Shown: positions 25,364 to 38,663 of the stretch, piece after piece
Numbering within the stretch: the first letter of the stretch is position 1
How the letters are laid out: each line of letters begins with the position of its first letter
NCBI GenBank assembly: GCA_050575255.1
Contig: JBNZDD010013730.1
Location: 7,842,012 to 7,906,011 of the forward strand
Direction of reading: 5' to 3'
Length of the DNA: 64,000 nucleotides
Source of the DNA: Harriotta raleighana
Lineage: Eukaryota
Made by a program: the position numbers and the translations under genes
Notes under the pieces: generated by a model
What the model saw: the letters and a program-made list of their open reading frames with translations, nothing else
Told to the model about the DNA's origin: nothing
The model's database searches: none

Positions 25364-25522
25364 AATAATCCCTACATTTGACCTTTCATGTCAGGAGAAT
25401 GCCAATTTGCAAACAAACAACCATGAAGTAAATGACCAATTTATGTGAGTGACTGTTTGCCAAGAACCAGGAGAAATTCCCCTCCTTCGACTAATACTTG
25501 AAGTTCACAAAGTCCACCTAAA
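25364..25522 (-). mobile_element. Degraded Deu-SINE fragment
   Basis: aataataatccctacatttg, gccaatttgca, aatgacca, tgccaagaaccaggagaaattcccct, gtccacct. Confidence 0.55.
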
Positions 25523-25672
25523 ACATTTAAACTCAATTTTAGTCCATAGCAGTAAATTTCACTCTGATTATTATTAATAGTTCTGAAGGCAAGTTATTTG
25601 TTTCACTAAATCACAATTAGAGAATGTTACATTAATGGACACCTTAATAGTGGAGCAATTTTATTCAGTATC

Positions 25673-25926
25673 ATAATAATAATAATCCTTGCATTTTGAT
25701 ATAGCGCTTTTCATGTCTTCTAGACATCTCAATGCGCTTCACAAAATATACTATCAAGTGAATTGACTATATATATGTGTGGGCGAAACAAGGCAGCCAT
25801 TTGCACACAGCAGTGTTTTTTTTGAGGGATTATTATTAAACATGTGGAGTAAGGAAACTTGCCCAAGATTTTGGCCTGCCTGGAATTGAACCCAGGTCAC
25901 TTGCTGATAATGAGCTACAAGACTCC
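25673..25926 (-). mobile_element. Young SINE, short form with internal deletions
   Basis: (AAT)n-ccttgcattttgatatagcgc tail; ggaaacttgcccaag; ggaattgaacccagg (B box, reverse); tgagctacaagactcc (5' end). Confidence 0.92.
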
Positions 25927-26655
25927 AATTCAGTATCATTTAATTTTACCCACAATTTATTGTTCCCTTTCTGCCACTAGTGAGTCATGACGAGTAACAT
26001 GGACATCAATTTGTTTAGACATGGTGGTGTTCTGGTGACCTTCACAAGGTATTTTAATATTCAGAGCTCCAAGACTCAAAGCCAGGTTCCTAAAGGAAGC
26101 TTTTATATTCAGGAATTTATAGCACAAGTAAGAAGAAAAGCTGATTATCCATAAAGCTTTTCGAGATAAGATTTTGAGATGTGTCACTACAAAGCCTTCT
26201 GACGTATGAAACAAGTGAAATAGAAATTTAACAAGATGTTAAATGTGGATTTTACTCTACCAGAGTGTCAGTTTATAAACTTAAAGAGTCTACAGTCTTT
26301 AAACATTAAACATCAGGCTTCCACTCTTCCAGCAGAAAGATTATTTTGGGACTCTTGCAGAGTGCAATCCTCAGCAGTTCATCCAATCAGTCTATATTAT
26401 TGAGTAATTCTGTAGGTCTGTTTGTTGGCTTCATCACCTCATTCACTTAGTACATGGTCAGATGCAGACTGCCTGCTGTTTGTACCATCCGACTGGTATT
26501 AGCTTTTAGTAAATCATTCAGATACGATTATACACAACAAATGCTGACACTCTGATTTCAGCACCGTGGAGAGCTTCAACAGCTGCCCACCCTTCTGCCT
26601 TTACATAGAATTTGACTTCAGCCCTTTAAAGAGGAATCAGCCTTTCATGCAAGAC

Positions 26656-26760
26656 AATAATAATAATAATAATAATAATCCTTGCATTTGATATGGTGCC
26701 TTATCACATCTTCATGACTTCTCAAAGCACTTCACGGAATATACTAGAAAGTGAATTGGT
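26656..26760 (-). mobile_element. Young SINE tail fragment
   Basis: (AAT)n-ccttgcatttgatatggtgccttatcacatc..ctcaaagcacttcac..aaagtgaattg. Confidence 0.88.
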
Positions 26761-29700
26761 GGGGTGCTATACAAAATTAAGAGACTGGTGGATCACAGGA
26801 TCAGGTATCTTTGTTTCTGTTTTGGTTGTACCAACATTAAGAGTAATAGATAGGATTAGTTTTTAAACAGTTACTTTTCAAAAAATATTCAAAATACAAA
26901 ACATTGGACTGATTTATGAAACCCAACAAGTCCCTGCAAAAGAATAGCTTCATAAAATATTAAACAATGTGTAAGTTCAATGTCATAATTCATCCTATTT
27001 GCTTTGAATAACAAATCTGTCTTAGTATTTCAAGGACTTCTGTGTGTTACTTTCATTGGGCAGAATGGATCATTCCTAATCTTGTATAGATCAAGATAAA
27101 GTAGCAATTTTCTGTCATACAGACCCGATTACCACTACATTTCCTCAAACAAATCTCCAACCTAAGCCGCTATATATAGTATTATTATATAAGATTGAGA
27201 TCATGCTTTTCACTCCAGTCATGGCTAAGAGGCTGAATATGATTCCATTTCACAGACTAATGTTTTGCATATATTCACTACATCAATCAAATTATGAAAG
27301 ATCTACCACCCAGATAACTCAAAGTCATGGTATGGTAAGGTAAACTAATGGAACTCACCCTTCATGAAGTTGCTTCAGCAGAGTAACAATTTATGGAGGT
27401 AGCATTCTATTTTGATTCTGAACCAGAAGAAATGTTTCTGATTTGAGCAACTACGTCAGAAGCTGAAATCAAATTTGATATATATATATATATCTAAAAA
27501 GCAATTTCTTCATACTGTGTCAATATTCAATAGCAATATACAGCAGGTGTTCCATTTCTGCTATTTAAATACTAGATTACCTGAGATATTGTTTGATTTA
27601 TCTTCAAAGCAATTTTACAATGTTTATTTGACTTAAATCATCTAATCGTTGTAGTTGGTGCGGTAGCCAGGACAGAGATGTCTCAGCAATATTAATCAGT
27701 TATTTATTGACAGTGGCTGTGGACATTTAAATTCTGTCTGGTCAGTTAATCCAAAAATAATTATTGCTTCGACTCATATTAAAAACTCTGTCTTCTAAGC
27801 TACACCATCGCTAGTTCATTGTTTTTGAACATGAATAATACATATCCTGTGATGTGATTAGCATCAAAATCATAGGACTTTCATTATTTTTCCTTGAAAT
27901 TGCAGACTGTTCAATGTTTAAATGGGAATCATTTTATAATACAGACTACAGAAAATATTGGTTTCTGGACAAATATTCAATCATTTGAAATTAAGATAGG
28001 ATCTGAGTAAATTTTTCAAATCCATTAATTTTATGACCACAATCTTGTATGAATGAAGAGAAGAATTACACATTGCTTATCAAATTAAATCCATAATACT
28101 ACTAGGTGTCAGATATATATTGATGCCCCCAAAGATAGCAATGCTGCATGATTCAACACCGTTGACCATATGTGATAGAGTTTCTACCAGCTTCTGACAT
28201 CACTTTCTAATGTCAGAATTGAGTTATTACAGCTGTTGGCAAAATCCCAATTAAGCTAATTAAATGTGGATAGATCCAATTATAGCAGGACATAATGATC
28301 TTTGTTAGTTACGGGCACTATAGACTTGTAGCAGAGAAGTCGGGTCATAACTGGAGACAGGCTAAACTCTTCAAGAAAACCCAACAAGAAATGAGGAAAG
28401 TAGAATTTCCTTCTGTCATGGCTGCTATTCTGTCAAGATGAGGAATGGCATGAATAGATGGGCACAGGGCTCTAACGAGAAAGTTCACATCCTAGCAAGT
28501 GGGTGAATCAGAATGCCATACCTGAGGTTAGCAGGAGGGATCCTGAGGAAGTTCAGACTCTCCGGGTACTGGATGTTTAGAGGGTCTCGTCTGTGACTAA
28601 ACATGCCCTGCCCAAGACTGTGACAATTACAGCTATTCTGATTTGTTTACATCATTGAACCATTCCAAATGACTCCAGAGAAACTATCTTAGACACGAAC
28701 TAGAGAACCATACCTATTCTAATTTCAAATAAAATTTGACCAAGCCTCTTTTTGGTAGGGATCATCGGCTCATTCTTTTCCACAGTTGTGCAGGACACAA
28801 ATTGCTGAGACAAAATAATTCTTTATATTAATTGCCTCTTCCAAAGGCTAGTTTTCTCCAAAGTGTCAAAGAGAGTTTAGGGCACCCACAGTCAATCCCA
28901 CCTGCATCAAACATGAATGTTTCTGTACCATCAATGTACAAGTAGTCTGCGAAACATGGAAAAACATCTTGGATGTCAATCCACAGTTCTCTGCCATCCT
29001 CAACCAGCCTTTGTGTGACAGCTGAGAGGCACACGTAAGTATCTAATGTATCCAAATGGAACCTGTGGGAAATATTATCAAACATTTCATTGCAAACAAA
29101 GATTGATAGTTGCAATAAATTATCTGCCTGAGTATTGCTTTGCTTACTTTCCCATTTACAACTTTACAGGTCTGCACAGAGCTAAACAGAAATAAGTATA
29201 GAGCGTCTTTCTTTGTGGAAGTTCCCTGTTCTTCCTGTCCAGTGAAAATAGCTTTTGAACCGCGGGAGTCATTCAGATTGTTCAGAGGCCATGGTGGAGT
29301 TTTAAGCAAGACCTGCCTCAAGCAGTTAATGCTAATAGAGCCTCCTAATAGAGCACCAGAAAAATATAAAAGAAGCCCAGCCAGCATTTTGGCACTTCAC
29401 TCCAACTCTGTTGGCCCGGGAGTTCCTTATTATTCTTTATTCTATAAGCATGTGGAACAGTGGTCATTATTCTTGAATTACAGAAAAATATGAGAAAACA
29501 GAGACTCTGTTGCTCCAGCAATCAGCTCCTATGTGGTTCCCTAATCTCAATTGAAATCCATACAGTCTTGTTCAGCTAAGAATTCAATGACAAAGTTTGC
29601 ATTTCTTCAATTAAGAAATCCCATAGAAACAATCACATATTGGTCTCTAATACGTGTTCTCAAGGTTTTCCGCATTAGCAGTTTTAATGCATATAAAATA

Positions 29701-29804
29701 CAGAAGAATGAATGAAAAAAGAGCATTAGAAAGTGCCTAAATAACTCACATTATAACATTCAAGCATTAAAAGAAGATTTATTCAGATATATATTTTTTA
29801 AATG

Positions 29805-29975
29805 AATTGGTCACTCAATCCACGACTGCTTGTGGGACACAGCTGTGTGCAATTGGTGCCGCAATTTCACCCACAAAATATACAGTCAATTCACTTTACA
29901 GTATATTCTGTGAAGTGCTTTGAGAACGTCTCAAACACATGATAAGGCGCTATATCAAATGCAAGGATTATTATT
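29805..29975 (+). mobile_element. Young SINE 3' half
   Basis: aattggtcactcaatccacgactg..tgtgaagtgctttgaga..ggcgctatatcaaatgcaaggattattatt. Confidence 0.92.
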
Positions 29976-30437
29976 TTTAAGAGGAGTAGGGAAATGAATC
30001 GTGACTTCTGAAGAACAGTACGAATGCAGCTCTACAACATTCTACATCTGTTGTTCTTCTCCCAGAGTTGGAGCACTTCAGTGCTTTGAGGCATTCCCTC
30101 AGCAGCGGTGTCAAGCACTGTCAGAAACTCAATGCAAGTCTAACCAGCAGATCAAAGTGCCAGATAGTCTGCTGGATGACGTTTTTTTGCCTTCAATCTC
30201 TTTGCACTTTATGTTGTGCAAAATCATTAGAAATCATTGCTTACTTTCACTACAATGCAACGTTACAGAATTCTGCAAAACAGCATCAGCAGTGTTCTAC
30301 AAAACAGCCGTGCTGGTTAACAAGCTAAGCCTTGAATCATAGAGCAGCAAATTACAACATTGGAAAACAGCCGGACAGTAAATAGAGTTCTCAATGCCTT
30401 GGTAAAAGTAAACTAAATATTTCCATAGAATTTCCAT

Positions 30438-30530
30438 GTCAGAGGTGCCATGCTTTGATTGAAATGTCAAACTCAGGTCCTGTTTGTCCATTCAGGTGAA
30501 TGTTAAAGATCATATTGGAAAAGAGAATTC
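30438..30530 (+). mobile_element. Isolated Deu-domain fragment
   Basis: gtcagaggtgcc..gaaatgtcaaactcaggtcctgtttgtccattcaggtgaatgttaaagatc matches the reverse of the Deu segments at 13340-13400 and 50110-50170. Confidence 0.6.
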
Positions 30531-32171
30531 TGAGGAGATTCCAGGTACTTGTGTCTCAAAGTGCTTCACAGCTAATTGCTATTAGGTGTCCTATAATAAC
30601 ACAATGCATATGTCTTGACAATAATCTATAATAATGGTGGGATCGTGGACAATGAATGTCATAAGTGCTATAGCTTGTCCCTTATATTTGGGACTTCAAA
30701 TTCAGATTCCACAACTCTTGTCTTCTAGTCCACTTTGCCCCTGTCCCCCCCATACCCTGTCCCCTGGCCCCGCAAGCTTTCTACCTGACAGTATGTTTGC
30801 CACCTTTCACTAGCTAAGTGGGTCAAAGATTCTGCACCAAGGCTTCACCACAGGAGCTGGCGATGTCACTCTGTCAATACACACAAACTAATTGTTGCTG
30901 GCACTACATCATTAAAAAGAAACATGCATTTTGAAAGTTACCAAGGACATTGAAATACACAAGGGTCAAACTTGTCAAATATCCAAAGTTCACATTCGCT
31001 TCCTTTATCTTTACAAGCTTTTTCTCCCCCCACCATAGAATTAATCATGCAGTTTAGCATATCATTCAGTGTGCTTTTGTTACTCCAAAAGTTGCCTGAA
31101 CTGTCTTCATGAATTTTCCATTAATGATCCTGCACAAATTACAGACCTTCTAACGTATGAGAGATTTTTGCAATGTGTAAGCTCAGCGTGAAGCCAAACT
31201 GCACTTGTGATAATTGGGTAACTGAAGAAAAACATTTTAGGTTAGAGGAAGGCTTGGATTTAATTGAATGATTCTTTAAAGTGATGAAAGCCTAACGCCA
31301 TTTGAAAACCGACTATTTTATTTTTATAAATGTTATTGCATAATATAATCTAAAAATAATTGCCAGACACACTTTATTTTGTTTTAGTGGTTGGCAACTT
31401 GTGGTACAGAACTCATGCAATGTTTAAATCCAATGGAGTTTGATTGGAGGAGCTTCCTTGAAGCTTTGTGTGTTTGTTTGACTCAAGCCGCTGCAAATAA
31501 TGTTGAGTTAAAAGTACAGTTCCAGAACAAGGATTCCAAAGTTCACTCGAACTTGTTCTTGTATCAATGTCCTTTATACTGTGCATTACATTTTACTTTT
31601 CCTGAACTTTAATGCATTTTAAGGTATGAGGTCAGAGTGTTAGGGAATTTAATATGTTTTCATTTTCTGTAATATCATCATTAAGGTCTTCCATATGATG
31701 TACAAACTCTGTAACCCGACATGGTATGTGGGGGTAGAAATTCAAGCTGTGTCTAGAGCTACTAAAGAATTGTGTCTGATTTCAGACCATCCAGACTTCA
31801 GCAAATTTTCAGTTTTCTCTAGATTATTTTAATAAGTGCAGAAAACCAACTTCAAAACCAAATTGAACAATTTGCCACATTCTGGATGCTCTTAATTTCC
31901 AGAAATAGAGTAAATCTGGACCCAAATTGCATTTCAGCCCACTGACAGTTAAGGATGAGCACCACATAAGTAGAGTTTTGTGCAACTTAAACATTTTGAT
32001 CTTCTGTACATAATTTAGTGCTCACAGAAATGTTTGGTGGTCTGTTTAACAGAATTCTCACTCAGAAAATAAAGCAGATGAGTTTTAGTTTCAATTCACT
32101 GAAGACTGCTTTCAAATGAGGACATTCAATGTACGTTTAGTTTTCTAAATAAAAAAATTCCCCCCCAAAAT

Positions 32172-32318
32172 AAATTGGTCATTTCAATCCACAACTGTTT
32201 GCTGTGTGCAATTGGCTGCCGTGTTTCACCCACATATATACAGTCAATTAACTTTACAGTATTTTCTGTGAGACATCTAAAAGATGTGAAAAGTGCTATA
32301 TCAAATGTAAGGATTATA
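32172..32318 (+). mobile_element. Young SINE 3' half
   Basis: aaattggtcatttcaatccac..gcaattggctgccgtgtttcacccaca..gtgctatatcaaatgtaaggattat. Confidence 0.9.
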
Positions 32319-32561
32319 TATTACAGTATTATCTTATCCTTCAGTTTGAAACTTTCTGATGTTCCTGGGGAGCACTGCTCTAAAATGCCAAATAATGACT
32401 ATTATTATTTACAATGAAATACCAACAAAATATCATCAAAACAGGTCATTGTTCTGCGCAAGTAAATGTCATCCCATTTGATTGAATTCAATATGCTATT
32501 GAATCGTCTACAATAAACAACAGTTTCAAACCTGGGTAAAGGCAACACCCAATGCAGTACA

Positions 32562-32750
32562 TAATAACAATAATAATTATTCTTACACTCAATGTGGCTG
32601 CTATGAATGTTGAGACATCTGAAAGGGCTTCACAGATAATTGCTGACCATCAAGTGTTCTGACTGTATTTGCAGGCAAATGTCACAGTCAATTTGTACAT
32701 TGCAAGGTCCCACACACAGCAGCCAAGTGAGTGATTATTTTGTGGAGAGG
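32562..32750 (-). mobile_element. Degraded SINE 3' part
   Basis: (aat)n, gagacatctgaaagggcttcacaga, gactgtatttg, caatttgtaca, gtcccacacacagc. Confidence 0.6.
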
Positions 32751-35700
32751 ATAGTTGGCATTTTCTTTGCCTTACAGAGGATAAGGTCATAGATTTGAGT
32801 TCAAAATTGCATTCCATTAGTTTATCTCAACTGGGCAGCAATTGTTGGGCTGCCAATCTGGGAATGGGAAAGAAAATTATCAAGTGATCCTGGCTGCAAA
32901 GTGTAGATTTTTGCTCAGCTGTAATGCCCACTCTGGTTGAATAGCTTCCCAGTGTTTAATGTCAAGGCTTGCCTATGACAAATGACAACTTGTGCGAGAT
33001 ACAGCACTAATGTTCATAGATATGTACCCAGCAAAGCATCAGTCACCTTTAGAAAAGAGGACATTTAAAAATGTTTTATAAATTGACTAGTCTCTGTTTA
33101 GCATTTAGACTTTCACATTATTATCTGACTCGTATCAGAGAAGCAAGGATAATTTCTGTGAAGGCTCATTTAGGGACAGACTGTCAGACGTTCAATAAAA
33201 CATGGTTGTTCAAGTGTCTCAAATTACACCTGACTTTCATGTCTCACTAAACAGCAGCAAAACCCAATGAGTACAATATATAGCAAAGGATTACTTCCAT
33301 CCCTTTAGGATTTATCACAGCTAAAACCTCAAGAAGCATGGACCCAAAAATGTAGGCCTCGGCTGCAATCAATGTACTGTAGTAATTTATTCTTTTGTGC
33401 GAGTAAACCAGACTTGCTCCAGCTGAATCCAGTTGGCTTCATCTGCCTTTCAGTTTGAGCTATTTCTTATTTGCACTACCTCAGACCTAAGGGAGCTCTG
33501 ATGGCTTCATGCATGTACACACTGTCGTGATTCCACATGAAGCAGACATTTTCATTTGCCATTTATAGAAACTTGAATGCTCTGCCTTACGTTGAATACA
33601 CTGCATTTGCTTTCCTGTGCTTTGTTTTTTGAAAGAAGAACATTTTTGTGTGGTCAGAACCCTGGTCCCTGAAACGAAAGGGCATTGATGTGAACAGTGC
33701 AGAATGATAACAGATAAATATCACACCATACATCTGCTGGTGCTAACATGAGGGAAATCAAGGAAGCTGATATTATTAAGGTACTGTACAATGATATGCA
33801 TGATATGGTAACATTTACAGTTCTGTTTCCTCCATATCTGATTATCTGTGCATATTTACTGTATTCAGTTTACAAAAGCATTTTTTTTGAATCTGTGTTT
33901 CTAAGCATAGCATTAAGGAAATCCTAAACATGGAGTTCTGGCTTGGAGCCCATCTCTTCACGACTGAAGACATAACAGTTGAATATCAAGAGAATTCTCC
34001 ACAAAACATATGTTCTTAGTCACCGATGAGCAGGTTTAAAATACTAAACAGAGATAATGTTATATTTCAGCAAAAAAAACTTTCTTTTTATGTTTTTTCC
34101 TATCAAGTAGAATAAACCTCTATGTACTGCATTTTAAAATATGGCACCTTATCTCACTTAGTGGGCATACCTTTGCAAGAGCTAGTGTTTGGGGATACCA
34201 GAGCATGCATTGAGTCATTGCTGGCATTTAAACAGCTAAAAACATATGGCAAGCTTTCTGTTGTTTGTCCAATCAGAATCACCCTGTTCATTGGGGCTTC
34301 TACCTTTAATAGAGCCCCATCTCATGCTGTATGAGAAGAATCCCAGTCGCTAGTGACTGGTCTACTCCAATTCCTGCCAACAAGCTAAGATGGATGGTCC
34401 ACCATCTGCAATGGCTTGTAGTGCTGCAAACCCAGCTGTTAATGTAGATATGCCTTGGCCCTCTCAGGAACATTTCCTAGAATATAAAATATTCATTTAA
34501 CAGGAAGCAACATGCTTTGGTGTAATGTCATTCCATTCACCACCTTCCCAATTCATAGCAACTCAGAGAAAAACTGTTTCACAGAAAATAAGCGTCTTCG
34601 TCGAGTGATTTTTAATTTGTTTGATACCTAAAGCAGCAAAATACATCTTTTTGTTTGACATGTTGTTATGAATAAAATTGGTCTTCAGCTCTGAATTTTC
34701 TACTGGATAGTCTGTTATAATGATCTTATTTTGTTTTTCTGATGACATTGAAAAAATATTGCATATCATTAACATGGAATTTATATTGTGCCATATATTG
34801 CCACACTGACAAAGCAGTTGATACTGTCACAGAACCAGCCTTCTCCACAGTCCATTTCCCATCTGAACTGTTTGCATTTGAATACGTTCCACTGAGCTTA
34901 TTACACTAGTGCATGCATGGTTGGCTTTGGTTATTACTGATGTGCAGAAATCATCACAATAACCTGAATTGCTCATGACCCCTGTCTCATTAAAGAACAG
35001 ATTAATGATAACTTTTCTCAAGGCAAAACATGTTTTTTTCTAAGGCCTACACATAGACACAGGCCAATATGCAATTTCCTCACTGCAATTAATCTAATTT
35101 CAGTCATGAAATTTAGGTGGCAATTTTTCAAGAATTCTTCAGTGAGATGATATCAGGATCACCAGTAAGCATTCCAAACAGATTTCTTTGCTTAATTTTG
35201 ACTTTGCTGTATATATTTTTTTCATTTACTGATAAATACTTGAAAGAACAATATCTGGTTCCTGAATTTTATTGCCGTCTTATTTCTTTCCTGTGGCACA
35301 ACAGTTAGGCAGGTCGAAGGGTCAAGAGCACATTCATTTCAGATACCTTTTAAAACCTATGCATTATTTACTAAAAATCCATTTCAAACTGAAATGATGT
35401 CATCTGTGGGGCAAAAGAGCCACAGCTGTGAATAAAAATATGAATTAATAAATAACATACCCTTTGAAGTGTAAATGCAGACTGTAGCACTTTAACTAAG
35501 TATTATTATCTAACCAAAACCTACGCTTAAAATTCCTTTGAAGTAAAACATTGCTGCTGAACAAGTAGCCTCTTGATGCTGTGTGCATCTGCTGCTCAGT
35601 TACTCCAATCACAAAGAGAGGCCTTTTGTGATTTATAGAGAATGATATGTAACAAATCTGCAGCAGCAACAGGTTGTCAAAGTCAACATAGTCATTAGAA

Positions 35701-36219
35701 GCCTGAGATGGCTAAATGGTAAAAACTCAAGGGTATTTTTTCTATGCATTTTTCTTCGTCTTTTTGAGCAATTTATTCTCTCACTGATAGAAGTCTACAG
35801 ATAAGGTTTGAGGGGGAAAAAAGTGCCCCAGGACAACATAAGTTTAGATTTTAGTTTGTGCGATTACATTTCTTTTTAAGCAATCAATAAAAAATTATTT
35901 GTTTCAGTTGCTGAATGAGGTCCGTGCGGAACAGATACAACTCAATGAAGGCTCGCTAAAATATTGTTACAAATTTCAAACATAAGTTGACAACCGACTG
36001 CATTCAATGTAAACTATTCGCATACCAATGTTTGGTAAATGCAGTGACCCATGGACAATATGACAACAAAAGCTTCTAATTTTTTCACTTAAACCAGAAT
36101 AATATCAAATCAATTATAAATGTATAAGTATTCCTGTTGGTTTTACTTTTCATCAGAGCTGGTAAATGATTAAAAAACACATAATCTCCATAGTAATTGT
36201 TTGAATCCTGTGAATAGAC

Positions 36220-36368
36220 GATTGCGCAATCGGCTGCTGCATTTCTTCCGCAAAACATACATGACTACACTTTACAGTATATCCTGTGAAGCACCTTGAG
36301 ACATTTCAACACCATGTCAAGGCACTAAATCAAATGCAAGGACTATTATTCTTATTTATTATTATTAT
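36220..36368 (+). mobile_element. SINE 3' fragment
   Basis: gcgcaatcggctgctgc..cactttacagtatatcctgtgaagcacc..atcaaatgcaaggactattatt. Confidence 0.85.
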
Positions 36369-38309
36369 AGAATATAATATTTATTATATAGAATATAGAA
36401 TAAGCTATGTTCTGCTTGTGTGATTCAAACTGAGTCAAAGTCGACATCACACTGGAAGTCAGCAAGCACAGTGAGGTGGGCTCACAAATTAGGAAAGTTT
36501 AGTGGGACTTCACATGAGAATTTGTTTTAAATTAAATTTTGGGCCCAGTTCGGCTAGGTATGAATTCCAAATACTCAGAGTCCAGTAAACTGGGTTTTTA
36601 AATATATTATTATTTAATGTCCAGGATCTGATTAATGTAAATAATATACAAATCTAAAATGCTGCCTGACAGTGTTCTATCTTTGTGTGATTTTCCCCCT
36701 CCCCAAGTTAAACCTCTTACCTCAATAGAAGCGAAGATTTGTTTTCTAGTCCCATTGCTCTGTCATAATCTTGGATTTAACCCCCCTTTTCCTGTCACAC
36801 AAAAAGCAGCACAGAAAATATTCAGCTGCCATAATGGTGTCAGCAGCTGAAGATCTGAATCTGATTGATAAAGGCTCTGAAACTGACTACGGTGGGAGAG
36901 TGAATACATTATACAGTAAAAGGAATAGCTATGGATGCAAACGTGTCACACATCTTCAATTGTCTGGATCGCTGTATAAATAGCTTACTGGCTCTCCTGG
37001 GTTATGGTTGTCATTTAGTCTCCTTTTGCTTTGTACAGCACCCTCCCAACCATCTGCTTCTGTCCTATTATTCTGTGAACCACATCAACTAGTGGTTTTT
37101 CTTCTTTTCACATCTAACGGATGCACAAAATGTATCTGGAACCCATTCGCAATGAAATCTCCTTGTGTGCATGTCTAAAAAGCAGAATATCTCTTCATCC
37201 AACTATCCCTCGCTGTGATATTTGAAGATTATAGATGACTTCCTGGGAAAATAGAATGGGAACCAATTTCATTACTGTTCAATGTAGGTGCATTTTTAAA
37301 GAACTTTAGACATCAGCATTAGACTTGGGATTTAAAAAGCTTTTGTTATTAATTTTCCTGATACGGGAAGCTCCTGACAGGATAATCTTATACGTCCCAT
37401 ATGTACATGGCACAATTCCAAGTTTACAAATCCTCTGACCACTTACCTTGAATAGGAAAAATACTTAACTAGAATAATGGGAAAACAATCGCATGCAGAG
37501 ATTTAAAAAATCAAAGCGACACTGATAAAAATGGTTTCACGATAAGAAAGTGCCCGGTGAACTCCATTGCCTTAGGTTAATCAAGCAGATTGATGTAGAA
37601 TTTAGGTAATCCCAAAAGAGGGGATGTGTACTCTGCCTTAAAATGTCTCTATTGGAGAATTCTTTGATAAGAAATCTGCTTTTTGTCTGATCGTGACCCC
37701 CGCTGTATGCAGTAGGCTTATGTTTATGATGAAAGAGCAGAAAGGCACATGTTTACTAGAGTTAATATTGGAATAAGTCAGACAGTGAAGATGGTGTTTG
37801 ATACTGTTCTTATTTGTTTTCTGGAAGTTTTCACAACTTCCCCTGCAGAGAATTCCCAAGGAAGAATAACAACTATTCATTTGATTAAACACCATCTATA
37901 ACCAAACTTATAAGGCACTCTTTTCTGCCCCCACCCCCCTCTAGTTAAAATAAATTTGGCCTCTGCCCCATATGCACAAGTTCCCAGGTTTACGATTGAT
38001 CAATTCAATCCAGTTTGTCTGTGCGAAACCTGTGATCCAATCAAGGTTAAACCAAGATAGCTCAATATTCTTATATTGAGAAGGCAACAGCCAGAGGCTA
38101 CTTGGTAGTTCATTGAAGTGTGTTTATTAATATCTCTGGTGCATTTTGGTCTCATTTAACCACAGAAAATATCTATCTTCTCTCAGAAACGAGCTGAAGT
38201 ATTGCTGTTTATCATATTTCTGGTCAAGAGTGGATCAGTTCATTTTTCTCAGTGCTGTAAAGTCATCTAATCATTAGACAAAGTGATCCATAATTTACTT
38301 CCTAAGGAT

Positions 38310-38663
38310 GAAGTCTTGTAGCTTAGTAGATAAAGCACTCACCTCGAAAGTGGAGGACTTAGGTTTGATTCCCGTCAGGATGAAACGTTGGACAAATTTC
38401 CTTACTTTGCACTCCTCCGTTTATCTAGTATTAAGTAGAAGCCTGGTTGTTAGTTGGTTAGCAGATCACTTTTCCAGGGGTAATAATCCCTTCAAAATAA
38501 TAATAATTTGGTTACTCAATCCATGACTGTTTGTAGCACACTGGTGTGTGCAATTGCCTCCCACTCTTTATCCATAAAATATACAGTATATTCTGTGAAG
38601 CACTTTGAGACATCTCGAAGATGTGATAAGGTGCTATATCAAATGCAAGGCTTTATTATTATT
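38310..38663 (+). mobile_element. Full-length tRNA SINE, long form
   Basis: Head agtcttgtagcttagtag (A box)..ggtttgattcc (B box); extra ~65-bp internal segment shared with the 59019 copy; standard tail. Confidence 0.9.

Noticed and set aside
28828-29493. Cluster of overlapping 95-117 aa ORFs
   Set aside because: No recognisable homology; the plus-strand frames I tested against the gtaagt at about 29037 contain stops
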